Shown: positions 28,686 to 40,000 of the stretch, in pieces | Numbering within the stretch: the first letter of the stretch is position 1 | How the letters are laid out: each line of letters starts with the position of its first letter | Source of the DNA: Firmicutes bacterium ADurb.Bin146 | GTDB lineage: Bacteria; Bacillota; Clostridia; DUPQ01 | DNA: 64,000 nucleotides | Reading direction: 5' to 3' | Assembly: GCA_002070475.1 (NCBI GenBank) | Contig: MWDI01000026.1 | Coordinates: 2,354-66,353, forward strand | Position numbers and translations under genes: made by a program | The notes under the pieces: model-generated | What the model was told of the DNA's origin: nothing | What the model saw: only the letters and a program-made list of their open reading frames with translations | The model's database searches: none

Positions 28686-29282
28686 TCAGTCTCCTTTTTC
28701 TATTTCGCTGGAAAATGTTATTTTTGCCCTTAGAAATCTTTCCAGTTCTCTTTTTCTTTTGAAAGGTTCAAGTATATCGAAGAACAGCATATGTAAAGCT
28801 TCCCACATGAATACCCATCCTCCGATAATTAGGCCTTCAAGCAATACTCTTGGCAGAAGCTGGCCTTGGGCTTTTGCATTAGATAGGATGTATAAAAAGA
28901 TAAATCCCAGTGCTATTATAAACAGTATAATTGAATATCTAGTTATTCTTTTAACTTTTCTATCCTCGAGTTTTTTAAGAGCGTTATAATAATTGCTATA
29001 ACTTGCAATGATAAGTTTTTCTTTCTCCAAATCCGAAGATATATTTTTAATGTGAAAGTTAATATCAAATTGACGGTTCATCGGTATGTCTTCTGAACAG
29101 ATATCTAAAAATTCAGCAAGTCCTGGATTTATATCCCTTTTTCTAAAAGTCGCGTTATCCCATTCATGGAAAAAATCTAGATATTTGTCTAAAGCGATAT
29201 CTATCAGGATATTGTTTGTAACAGGGCTTCTTCTATATAGGCTCAACAATGCCGATTCTTTTGCTTTCTTCTTTTTACCCAT
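28686..29282 (-). CDS. Hypothetical protein with two C-terminal TM helices
   Basis: ORF between murC and GH29 with 4-nt gap to the GH29 gene; start uncertain (29282 MGKKKK or 29342); no family recognised. Confidence 0.4.
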   Translation of the reverse strand: MGKKKKAKESALLSLYRRSPVTNNILIDIALDKYLDFFHEWDNATFRKRDINPGLAEFLDICSEDIPMNRQFDINFHIKNISSDLEKEKLIIASYSNYYNALKKLEDRKVKRITRYSIILFIIALGFIFLYILSNAKAQGQLLPRVLLEGLIIGGWVFMWEALHMLFFDILEPFKRKRELERFLRAKITFSSEIEKGD

Positions 29283-29353
29283 ACCTAGATTATATTCTCT
29301 GGCAAGGAATATAACAACTGTGTTGCGTGACAGTAAACACATATAGAGCTATT

Positions 29354-30745
29354 TTATTTTTTTCCCAGTCTTTCTAGAAGAGGTTTGCATATTTTTTCTA
29401 GATACTTTGAACCGAGAACCATTACAACATCCCCGCTTTGGACATGTTCGTAAAGATAGTCCTCTATAGCCTGGTAAGATGGCAGATATATCGCTTCAGT
29501 CCCGCTAAGGCTGACTGCCTCAGCAAGTTTCTTGCCGGATACTTCCGGATCATTGTTTTCCCTGTCGTTATATATATCTGCTATTATAGCCATGTCCGCA
29601 TGGCTGAAGCTTTTCACGAATTCATTAAACAGTACCTTGACCCTGGAAAAAGTGTGAGCTTCAAAAGCCGCATAAAGCTTCTTGTGTTTCATGCTTTTTG
29701 CTGTTTCCAGTGTTACAGCTATTTCTGTCGGATGATGGGCATAATCGGAATACACCTTTACTCCGTCCGCCTCACCAATCAAATCAAATCTTCTTTTCGC
29801 ACCATGTACATATGATAAATGAGTGCATGCTTTTTCAAGGTCTGCTCCCAATATTCCTAAAACAGCAATAACTGCAAGTGAATTTAAAGCATTATGTTTT
29901 CCCTCTGCTCCGAGTTTCACATGACATATATATTTTCCTTTTACATAAAGGTCATAAGACGGTCTGCCTTGTGTATCTATTTCAATATTTAAGGCAGTAT
30001 AATCTAAAGATTTATTTTCCAATCCGTAATATACAACATTGCATGTGACTTTTTGTGCTACTTCCCTTGCAGGTTCATCATCATAACAGGCTACAAGATA
30101 TCCGTCCTTATCTATCCTGTTAGCGAATTCCAAAAAGGATTTCTTCATATTATCGAAAGTCTTGAACCAGTCTACATGGTCAAAATCAATATTAAGTATT
30201 ACTCCTATGTAGGGATTTAGTTTTAAAAAACTGCCGTTGAATTCACATGCTTCGGTTATGAAATAGTCGGAATTTCCGCTTTTTACATTACCGTTAAGAA
30301 ACGGGGCTTCTCCTCCGTCATGTATGGTCGCATCAAATCCCATCTGCTCTAATAAATATGAAGTCAGCGTCGTGGTAGTGGTCTTTCCGTGAGCTCCAGA
30401 TATGGCAATCCTGTATTTGTATTCATCCATTATCTTGCCCAAAAGCAGAGCTCTGTCCATTAATGGTATGTTATTAGCTGCCGCATATGCGTATTCCACA
30501 TTATCAGGATGAACAGCAGCCGTATATACCACTAAATCCGGTTTTCCTACCTTTGTGCTGTCATGAGGTATATATACATTAATCCCAATTGATAATAGTT
30601 TATCCATTGTGCTTGTATGTTCAATGTCTGAACCTGTTATTTTAATCCCTTTTTCAAACAACAGTATGGCAAGGCCTGACATTGACGCGCCGTTTATGCC
30701 TATGAAATGAACATGGTTAATACCTTTTAAAAATTCTACTTTCAT
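29354..30745 (-). CDS. murC: UDP-N-acetylmuramate--L-alanine ligase family (MurC-like)
   Basis: 463 aa; HFIGINGASMSGLA, SGAHGKTTTT, GKHNALNS, YAHHPTEI Mur-ligase motifs; ATGA overlap with the upstream DUF1667 gene. Confidence 0.8.
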   Translation of the reverse strand: MKVEFLKGINHVHFIGINGASMSGLAILLFEKGIKITGSDIEHTSTMDKLLSIGINVYIPHDSTKVGKPDLVVYTAAVHPDNVEYAYAAANNIPLMDRALLLGKIMDEYKYRIAISGAHGKTTTTTLTSYLLEQMGFDATIHDGGEAPFLNGNVKSGNSDYFITEACEFNGSFLKLNPYIGVILNIDFDHVDWFKTFDNMKKSFLEFANRIDKDGYLVACYDDEPAREVAQKVTCNVVYYGLENKSLDYTALNIEIDTQGRPSYDLYVKGKYICHVKLGAEGKHNALNSLAVIAVLGILGADLEKACTHLSYVHGAKRRFDLIGEADGVKVYSDYAHHPTEIAVTLETAKSMKHKKLYAAFEAHTFSRVKVLFNEFVKSFSHADMAIIADIYNDRENNDPEVSGKKLAEAVSLSGTEAIYLPSYQAIEDYLYEHVQSGDVVMVLGSKYLEKICKPLLERLGKK

Positions 30746-31113
30746 GCTTTCTTCTCTTCCTTAAGAGTCTGTGTTGCAATTATATCCGCGCCTGTTCCAC
30801 ATACATCTTTAATTATTACATCACCTTGTTGCACAGGAGCCTGTATCTGAACGCAGCATATGTTTTTCATGACATCCTGAATCTTATCTTTACTTATCGG
30901 ACGGCTGGTTTTAACAGGACATACTGTATATCTGGCATTATTTATCTTTACAGATGAAGTTACCATCCTAGTAGGGGAAAGTATCTCAGCAGTAGCGTAA
31001 TCGATTCCTCTTTTACAGCTGTAACCTTCCATGCTGTTTATACCGTTTTCATCATAATCCACATGGATAGTGCAGCCTTTAGGACATACGATACAGATTA
31101 TATCTTTCTTCAT
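30742..31113 (-). CDS. DUF1667-domain protein (Cys-rich small subunit of FAD-oxidoreductase trio)
   Basis: 123 aa, CIVCPKGC...CKRG N-terminus; conserved partner of the two FAD oxidoreductases upstream. Confidence 0.7.
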   Translation of the reverse strand: MKKDIICIVCPKGCTIHVDYDENGINSMEGYSCKRGIDYATAEILSPTRMVTSSVKINNARYTVCPVKTSRPISKDKIQDVMKNICCVQIQAPVQQGDVIIKDVCGTGADIIATQTLKEEKKA

Positions 31114-32390
31114 TGCTTCACCTCGATTACAAGGTCTTTAAGTTCTTTCCCGTTTTCTGTTTTTACAAACAGATCTGATGCTTTTATCTCTAGTGATTCC
31201 ATTTCAGACGGGATAAGACGGATTACTTTCTTCTTTGCCAGTTCCTCATTGTTCATGACTGCATGGACAAAAACGTCTTTGAATCTTGCTTTGGAACGGA
31301 AAAATACTCGGATAGTCTCATCAGGATCTTTAAGATAAATATGCTGGGGCAGTACATATCTTAAACCATTTCCAGGTACTACTTTTATCTCCGATTTTAT
31401 CTTTTTCTGTTCCAAACTTTTATCCAGATACATTTTTACGCTTCTTGCTGCTCTTTGTCCTTCCATTGTGACATAATCCACTAAATCATGTACATGCAGA
31501 ACATTACCACAGGCAAATACTCCTTCAGTATCAGTTTCCAGGTCCTGGTCAACATATGCTCCTCCAGTCACCTGATACATTCCTACACCCATTTGTTCGG
31601 TCAGCTCGTTTTCCGGTATCAAACCAACAGACAGTAAAAGAGTATCACATTCCACATATTCCTCAGTCCCTTTAATCGGAACCATATTACTGTCTACTTT
31701 TGCTGTTGTTACCCCTGTGATTCTGCCTTTACCATGTATCTTAACTATTGTTGTGGAAAGGTGTAAAGGAATATTAAAATCATCCAGGCACTGCACAATA
31801 TTTCTGGTAAGACCACCAGGATAATCCATTATTTCATATACTCCCTGCACTTTTATCCCTTCTAAAGTGAGCCTTCTTGCCATTATGAGACCTATATCGC
31901 CGCTACCTAAGATAACTGCTTTTGAGCCGGGAAGTATACCCTCCATATTTACGAATCTCTGCGCGGTACCGGCTGTAAATATACCTGCAACATTGGCTCC
32001 GGGTATACGAAGAGCTCCTCTTGGTCTTTCCCGGCATCCCATAGCAAGTATTACTGCTTTTGCCTTTATGGTCATAAAACCGAAATCCGGATTTACCGCA
32101 TAAAGGGTCTTATCCTTTTGAGCATTTATAACCATAGTATTCAATAATACTGTAATATTTGTATCTTTTATCTTTTCAGAAAACCTTAATGCATATTCAG
32201 GTCCTGTTAGTTCTTCTTTGAAAACATGTAGTCCGAATCCGTTATGTATACACTGCTTTAGAATTCCTCCCAATGAATCATCTCTTTCCAGTATTACTAT
32301 ATCTTTTATACCAAGGGCATGTGCTTCCAATGCGGCAGCCATTCCCGCCGGTCCTCCGCCTATTATTACCAGATTAAATTCCTTAACCAC
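31110..32390 (-). CDS. NAD(P)/FAD-dependent oxidoreductase (pyridine nucleotide-disulfide family)
   Basis: GTG start 32390 with GGGGAGG RBS; LVIIGGGPAGMAAA and AVILGSGDIGL dinucleotide folds. Confidence 0.8.
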   Translation of the reverse strand: MVKEFNLVIIGGGPAGMAAALEAHALGIKDIVILERDDSLGGILKQCIHNGFGLHVFKEELTGPEYALRFSEKIKDTNITVLLNTMVINAQKDKTLYAVNPDFGFMTIKAKAVILAMGCRERPRGALRIPGANVAGIFTAGTAQRFVNMEGILPGSKAVILGSGDIGLIMARRLTLEGIKVQGVYEIMDYPGGLTRNIVQCLDDFNIPLHLSTTIVKIHGKGRITGVTTAKVDSNMVPIKGTEEYVECDTLLLSVGLIPENELTEQMGVGMYQVTGGAYVDQDLETDTEGVFACGNVLHVHDLVDYVTMEGQRAARSVKMYLDKSLEQKKIKSEIKVVPGNGLRYVLPQHIYLKDPDETIRVFFRSKARFKDVFVHAVMNNEELAKKKVIRLIPSEMESLEIKASDLFVKTENGKELKDLVIEVKQ

Positions 32391-33876
32391 GTGAATTCCT
32401 CCCCAGGATGCATGAGTCCGCATTGGCTTTTGCAATCCTGTTAACAGGTATACCAGTATGCTCCGACAGTATCCTCATTACATGAGGTGAGCAGAATCCT
32501 CCCTGGCATCTTCCCATTCCTGCTCTGGTTCTTTTTTTTACTCCATCAACAGTTCTTGCTCCGCAAGGGGCATATATCGCTGCTACTATTTCCTTTTCTG
32601 AAACAGTTTCACACCTGCATATTATCTTTCTACAAAGTTCATCTGAATCACATGCTTTTTCTTTTTCTTCATTTGTCATTTCAGAAAAAGGCTTGTCATG
32701 TTTTACAACCATAGTATATTTGTCTTTTTCTTTTTCCTTAATATCTATTAAAAACTTAACTATATCTTCTACATATACTGCTATTGCTGGTGAAGCAGTC
32801 AATCCGGGAGATTCTATTCCTGCTACGTTTATGAAGTTATCGCATTTAGGGCTTTGCTCTATAATGAAATCTGACGTGTCAGGAGTAGCACGTATTCCTG
32901 CAAACACTGTTATGGATTTTTTCATATTTAACCCTGTATAGCTTTGTGTTGCAGTCTTATACACATAATCCAGATTATCGCTGTTCGTACACTTGTCATC
33001 CTTGTCCTGTGTTACTGTCGCATCTGGGCCTATCATCAGATTACCGTCAACTGTCGGAGTGACTAGTATGCCCTTTCCTTTTTCAGTAGGAGTCTGGAAA
33101 AGCACTGTGTTAATCTTTGAACCTTCCGTTTTGTCAAACAGTATATATTCGCCTCTTCTTGGTATTATCTTAAAAGAATCGTCTCCTACCATCCGGCTTA
33201 TTTCATCTGCATGTGCACCTGCACAATTAATGACAATCCTTGCAGTTATATTAGTTCTGTCTTCTTCTTTTATAGGATCAACCTTACTCATGCTGCATAT
33301 ATCACCCATCACATCAACAGATATTTTAAATAAACCATTTTGTTTTTCAATGCCTGTTACTTTTGTTTCGCGAAGAAAAACAACTCCATTCATAATAGCA
33401 TTATCCATAGCCGCAATATTCAATTTATATGGCGATACTATGCCAGCATTCTTTGCATATAGGGCTTTTGTAACTGCGGGATTAACATAAGGTTCTTTTT
33501 TCAAGATAAAGTCTCTGTCTACAATAGACATTCCAGTGACTCCATTCTTAATACCATTATCATAAAGCTGCTGTAAGACCTTTTCATCATCTTTATCAAA
33601 AGCAAGCACAAAAGAACCTATCATTTTACATTTTACTGCTAGGTCTTCACATAGTTTGGGCATCATGTTACAGCCTTCAACATTGAATCTGGCTTTTTTT
33701 GTACCTGTTTTTGCATCATAACCAGAATGAACTATACCAGAATTTGCGCCTGTAGCATCCATCGAAACATCTACATTTCTCTCTATTACCGCAATCTTAA
33801 CTTTGTATTTAGATAACTGTCTTGCAATAAGGCTTCCTATTATCCCTGAGCCAATAATGCATATATCGTAATTCAT
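32383..33876 (-). CDS. FAD-dependent oxidoreductase, anaerobic glycerol-3-phosphate-dehydrogenase-like, with BFD-like [2Fe-2S] C-terminus
   Basis: 497 aa; DICIIGSGIIGS FAD fold; C-terminal ICRCETVSE...RAGMGRCQGGFC. Confidence 0.78.
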   Translation of the reverse strand: MNYDICIIGSGIIGSLIARQLSKYKVKIAVIERNVDVSMDATGANSGIVHSGYDAKTGTKKARFNVEGCNMMPKLCEDLAVKCKMIGSFVLAFDKDDEKVLQQLYDNGIKNGVTGMSIVDRDFILKKEPYVNPAVTKALYAKNAGIVSPYKLNIAAMDNAIMNGVVFLRETKVTGIEKQNGLFKISVDVMGDICSMSKVDPIKEEDRTNITARIVINCAGAHADEISRMVGDDSFKIIPRRGEYILFDKTEGSKINTVLFQTPTEKGKGILVTPTVDGNLMIGPDATVTQDKDDKCTNSDNLDYVYKTATQSYTGLNMKKSITVFAGIRATPDTSDFIIEQSPKCDNFINVAGIESPGLTASPAIAVYVEDIVKFLIDIKEKEKDKYTMVVKHDKPFSEMTNEEKEKACDSDELCRKIICRCETVSEKEIVAAIYAPCGARTVDGVKKRTRAGMGRCQGGFCSPHVMRILSEHTGIPVNRIAKANADSCILGRNSRG

Positions 33877-33886
33877 ATGCCCTCCG

Positions 33887-33979
33887 TCAGCTATTTAATA
33901 TGCCGCTTTGCAGGACCATTGCCAGTAACAGGGAAAGCACCAATACCGCGGCCAATATGATTGCAACAACTCTTTTCAT
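33887..33979 (-). CDS. Unannotated 30-aa hydrophobic peptide ORF
   Basis: ATG 33979 preceded by GAAGGAAG; MKRVVAIILAAVLVLSLLLAMVLQSGILNS; stop 10 nt before the next gene's ATG; below the ORF-track size cutoff. Confidence 0.4.
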   Translation of the reverse strand: MKRVVAIILAAVLVLSLLLAMVLQSGILNS

Positions 33980-34003
33980 GGTTTCTTCCTTCTTTATATA
34001 GTA

Positions 34004-34032
34004 ATTTTATACTTGAGCAACTATTTTTGCAA
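34004..34032 (-). promoter_or_regulatory. Sigma-A-type promoter candidate for the small ORF / FAD-oxidoreductase / murC block
   Basis: Minus strand TTGCAA (34032..34027) - 17 nt - TAAAAT (34009..34004). Confidence 0.45.
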
Positions 34033-34068
34033 CGAGCTCATATATAATAACGGCAATAATTGTATTAA

Positions 34069-37000
34069 CTACTTATTAATCAAACCTGTATTTTGAAGCA
34101 TGCGTCTTAACATAACCACAGCCTCCGCACGGGTAAGGTCTGCTGTTGGATCTGCTTCATTATTTAGTCTTCCTATAATAATGTTATTTTTTATGCATAT
34201 TGCCATGCTGTTAACAGCATAATGTGATATTTCGGACTTATCGATAAATTTGTCAAGTATCATGTCGATTTCTACTTTTTCTATTACTACGTTATAACCG
34301 GCAAGATTCATAGCTCGCTCAATAATTGTGGTTGCCTGTTCTCTTGTAAGAAAATCATCAGGTCCGAATAAGCCGTTTCCATATCCTTTGATTATTCCAT
34401 ACTCATACGCTTTTTCTATATACAAAGAATGCTCAGACTCGTCAGATACATCACTGAAGATACCTTTATATGAGTCTGGAACCAGTCCTAAAGCTTTCAC
34501 TGTTAACTTTGCAAACTGTGCACGAGTTATCTTTTTATCAGGGAAGAATCTGCCTTCATCATCAAGCTGTATGACGAGCCTTGATGCCATATCATTCAAT
34601 TCAGTTTTTGCCCAGTGGTCTTCAGCATCTTTTATCTCAGCTTTCTTGTAAACTATTGTATAGATGCTGTTTGTAAGGCTTTTAATAACTGCGTAATACT
34701 TATTACCCTCTTGCACTATGACTGTCGGAACATGGCTCATAGTTCCGTCATCATTTAAAACTACAGCTGTAGATATCTTAGCTGGGTCAATACCATCAGG
34801 TATTGCAATCCTTCTTTCAACATATCCTTTGAATTTTGATATTTCCATTGATTTTCCATTAGCTTCACAGGTTATCGTAAATTCCACAGGTTTGACTACA
34901 AGCTGCAGTTTATCTTTATTTGCTGAATCATTAATTATTCTTACAGTATCATCATCAGGCTCGGATATATTAATCTTCACTTTTATATCTTCCAAGTTTG
35001 ACTGAGAATCAAGTACTTTGGATATCTCGTCTATATTTAACTGGTCGGCAGGTAATGAATAGCTGGCTTTATCTGTCTTTATCTCAAGTACAGCATTCTT
35101 TCGTTCCATATTTTTGATTGTCTGACCGTTAAGTTGTCCTACTACCTCATTGGTGTATCCTATAGCTGGAAGAGTTACTTTAACGTCTTCATCCTTTTCA
35201 TCTAAAAGATTTTTTAAAAGTTTGTCATCAATAGTTATTGTAATAGTGGTCTTACCCTTTGTAGTCTCTCTTTTTATATTTGCTGCTTCTTTCTTTTCGC
35301 CATTAACCGTTATTAGAGTATTGTTAGGCAATTGGATGTCTTCATCAGTTATAGTTTCATCCGTTGTTCCTGAAATGCTGTTATATAATGAAATATTTCC
35401 AGCTTCATCTTTAACAAGGACATTGAAATAATATCTTGTGGAAGAAGTTAAATCTGAAACCATAACAGAAGTTTCAGATGACCAAGCATTAATAGCTGTA
35501 CCATTATTTAACAGATCAATAATACTGCTAATATCATCCCTCATGGAATAGTATGCTCTATAGAGCAAGTCTGAATCTGATGATATGTTATCATTAGCTG
35601 AATCCCAGCTAAAGCGTATGAATTCAGTACCAGTAGCATTAACTGATATCACAGATTCAGTGGCTATTACAGGAGCAAGATTATCATAAATATATGCAAA
35701 CTGAACAGCTGCAGTATTAGTATTACCTGCTGCATCTTCTGCAGTTCCATCAGGAAGATCCACTGTCACGTTTCCTTGAGTGGCAGAAGTAATATCAACA
35801 GTATATGTTGAATTACTGATTGCTGTAAGGTTGCTTGCGATTCCATTATTTACAATAATATCGCTAAGGGTAAAACCTGTTACATTCTTACTAAAAGCAA
35901 AAGTCACTGTAATAGGTGAGCAGTATGTATAGTCAGATATTGAAGAAGAAATAATTACAGTAGGTCTTTCACTGTCAAATACCCTTGTCAAGCTTGGAGC
36001 TGCATTGTTAGGATTTAATGCTGCATCCAAAGCGGTATCTGCTAAGACATCAATAATTACTTCTCCGTTTCCGGCAGGGGTTATAAAGGCTGTATAAACT
36101 GAACCACTGACTGAAACAAATCCTCCCGCAACACCATTTATCACAGTAATTTCATTAACTGTGAATCCTGTAACATCCTCGCTAAAAGTTATAGTAACAG
36201 GTATAGGTGTTACATTAGTTGAATTTCCTGTTACAGAGCTTATAGCTACTGTAGGATTTATTGAATCATATATCCTTGTAAGTGCCAATGCCTCAGTATT
36301 ACCGTTATTTGCTAAATCATATGCTGCATCTGCTGATATGCCTACTGTAACAGTACCCTGTGCTGATGGAGTGATATTAATCATATATACACTTCCACTT
36401 CCGCTAAGCGTTCCTTTAATCCCGTTCGTTACTATTACATCCTCTACAGTAAAACCTGTCACTGGTTCGCTGAAAGTTATAGTAACAGGTATAACAGATA
36501 GGTTTGTTATACTGTTTGTTGCAGAATGTATAGCTACTGTCGGCTTTATTGAATCATATATCCTTATTAATTCTGAAGCTGCAGTGTTGTTATTGCCTGC
36601 TGCATCAGTAACGACTCCTGATGCAATATTAATATTCACAGTTCCTTGTGTTAACGGAGTGATATTAATCGTATATACACTTCCGCTTCCATTAAGTGTG
36701 CCTTTAATTCCGTTCATTACTGTTACATCCTCTACAGTAAAACCTGTCACTGGTTCGCTGAAAGTTATAGTAACAGGTATAACAGATAAGTTTGTAGTAC
36801 TGTTTGTTGCAGAGTGTATAGCTACTGTCGGACTTATTGAGTCATATATCCTTGTAAGTGCCAATGCCTCAGTATTACCGTTATTTGCTAAATCATATGC
36901 TGCATCTGCTGATATGCCTACTGTAACAGTACCCTGTGCTGATGGAGTGATATTAATCATATATACACTTCCACTTCCGCTAAGCGTTCCTTTAATCCCG

Positions 37001-40000
37001 TTCGTTACTATTACATCCTCTACAGTAAAACCTGTCACTGGTTCGCTGAAAGTTATAGTAACAGGTATAACAGATAGGTTTGTTATACTGTTTGTTGCAG
37101 AATGTATAGCTACTGTCGGCTTTATTGAATCATATATCCTTATTAATTCTGAAGCTGCAGTGTTGTTATTGCCTGCTGCATCAGTAACGACTCCTGATGC
37201 AATATTAATATTCACAGTTCCTTGTGTTAACGGAGTGATATTAATCGTATATACACTTCCGCTTCCATTAAGTGTGCCTTTAATTCCGTTCATTACTGTT
37301 ACATCCTCTACAGTAAAACCTGTCACTGGCTCGCTGAAAGTTATAGTAACAGGTATAACAGATAGGTTTGTAGTACTGTTTGTTGTTGAAGTTATAGTAA
37401 CTGAAGGAGAAGTCCCATCATATGTCCAGGTATAGTAGCTGGATGTTTCATTGGTATTGCCTGCTAAATCTAAAACACTGCCATATCCTATCCTTAACCT
37501 GACCTCACCGTTTCCAGATGGTATTATCTGAGCAGTATATGTACTCCCGCTCCCGCTTAATGAGCTGGCAGTTCCGTTCTCTAACAGGATATCTGATAAT
37601 TGCATACCACTGACATCTTCGCTGAATGTTATTGTGATTGGTATAGATGTCTGGTTTGTAGGGTTTGATAATGAATGAGTCACATTTACTGTAGGTATAT
37701 CTGTATCAAGAGTATACTGTTGTGTTGTAATAGTACCTGTATTACCCGCAGAATCAACTATTCTTAATTTAATACTATGTGTACCTTTAATAAGTGTAAT
37801 ATTGTCATTACCATAATATGAGCCAACAGCGTGTCTGAAGTTCGTCCATGTCATGCCATTATCCATGGATATCTCTACATGCTCACCATCTGCAAGCCGT
37901 TCTAGCAGAGAGATATATAAAGTCTGTCCAATATAATTTGTAATAAAATCTGCATTACTTTCCCCCATATCGCTATTTAATTGCATTAAAGATATTGTGT
38001 TAGTTGGCGAAATTGAATCATATGTCCTCAATAGCTCTGAAGCTGCAGTATTTTCATTACCTGCTTGGTCTGAAGCGACTCCTGCTGCAACATTAACACT
38101 CACAGTACCTTGTGCTAATGCAGTGATGTTAATCGTATATACGCTACCGCTTCCGCTAAGCACGCCTTTAGTTCCATTAACAACTATTATATCGTCTGCT
38201 GTAAAGCCTGTCACTGTCTCGCTAAATGTAATAGTTACAGGTACGACAGATGCATTTGTTGTTGCCTGAGCTGATGATGTGATATTTACTGCAGGAGCTA
38301 TTGCATCATAATTAAAAGCTATTGAAGATGAATTGCTATTCCTATTACCTGCTAAATCTTCTGCCATATTTTCCGATAATGAAATAATTATATCACCTTG
38401 TATGCTTGTGCTTGTGTATATATTAAATGTATATGTAATACCATCTGATGTAGAAAAATCACCTATTCCCGCATTGATAACCGAGATATCACTAAAATCG
38501 AACCCTGTAACTTGCTCATTGAAAACTACACTTACAGGTATTGATGATTGATTTGTATGACTAGAGGATGATGAATACAATGTTAATGCAGGAGCAGTTG
38601 TGTCAAGAGTATATGAATAACTCGATACAGTCCCTTCATTACCTGCCGTATCTGCTATTCTTCCTTTTATGGTATGTGTACCATTTAACAAGGTAACAGA
38701 ACATGTTCCAGTTGTCGTACCAGTAGCTATACTGACATCAGTCCACGTACTTCCTTCATCCATGGATATTTCTACATGCTCATTATCTGCTAAAGAGCTA
38801 TCTAAAATTATGTTTAAATACTGTAAAGCAGTCTTAGTTATTCTATCTGAACTGCTATTGCCAGAATCATTGGAAAAGGAAATATTTGAAATACTAGTAA
38901 CTGGAGCTGTTGCATCTATAACAACAGTTTTCGCTTCTTCAGAAAATACTGTAACTCCGCCTAATGTAGAACTGCATATGAAGCTATATGAACCTTCTGT
39001 AATAGGGTTAATCCTGTATTCCCAATAGCCGCTGCTATTTGCTGTAGTTGTACCATGTGATATATAGCCGCTAAACATTTCTATAGTACTATTAGCTGTC
39101 GCGCTACCAATTAAAGTGATATCATTTGAACTTGTTATAAAATCACCTGAAACATTAGTATCATTAACCATGTTAGTTATTTGAGGTTGCTCAATAATAG
39201 TGACATTTATAGTTTTTGTAGCAGAAGCAATACCGTCTGATACCTCAACAGTAAAAGAATCTGATCCTGTATAGTTAGCCGTAGGCCGGTATAATATTGT
39301 TCCTCCTGGTGTTATATAACTGCTTCCTGAAGATGCTGTTGCTGATTCAATTGTAAGCGTACCATGTGAAGGAGCAGAGCTTACAGTCCATGTCAGTGTC
39401 TGTAGTGTATCTGTATCACTGACACGCATTAAATTTCTTATATCCCAAGATGATGATGAACTTACTGGTAAGTATAAATCTGATGAACCTAGAAAAGAAG
39501 GAGTGATATTACCAAAAACCATATCAGTTATATAGAATTCTTGATCGCTTTCAATTCTAACACAGTAAACATCAGAACTAGCAGGTAGGCTTGCAATACT
39601 GCCTGTGGTAGTTGCTGTTACTGTCACATTATATCCGCTTATTTCGTTAAAAAAAACATCCAAAAACTTCACTTCTACTAAAGCAACTCCTGAATCAGAT
39701 TTTATCTTGACACTGAACACCTCATTAGGAAATGTAGAATAAGGTAATTTTTTAAGTTCCAGACTATTGCCATAACCTCCAAATATTTTAAGCCATCCGC
39801 TTACGCTGGTTAAGTTCCTGGGATTTCCGCTATAATCCGATGCCCTTATAAATAAAGAATTTACAGTATCTTGATAAAGACCAGTTGATTCATTTACAGT
39901 ATGATCCCATCTGTATATTGTCGCTGCATCAGCTGTCATCATCATCGATGGAAACAGCCCTAATACTAGAGCTGTTACTATTATTATCGATATAGATTTG

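Noticed and set aside
36161-37435. 424-aa plus-strand ORF antisense to the surface-protein gene
   Set aside because: It exists only because the repeat DNA lacks stops in the reverse frame. Its periodicity mirrors the Ig-module repeats of the real minus-strand gene.
36161-38300. Regularly spaced repeats that could be mistaken for a CRISPR array
   Set aside because: The units are ~280-290 bp coding modules with no short conserved repeat and unique spacer structure. They lie inside one continuous ORF, and no cas genes are present.
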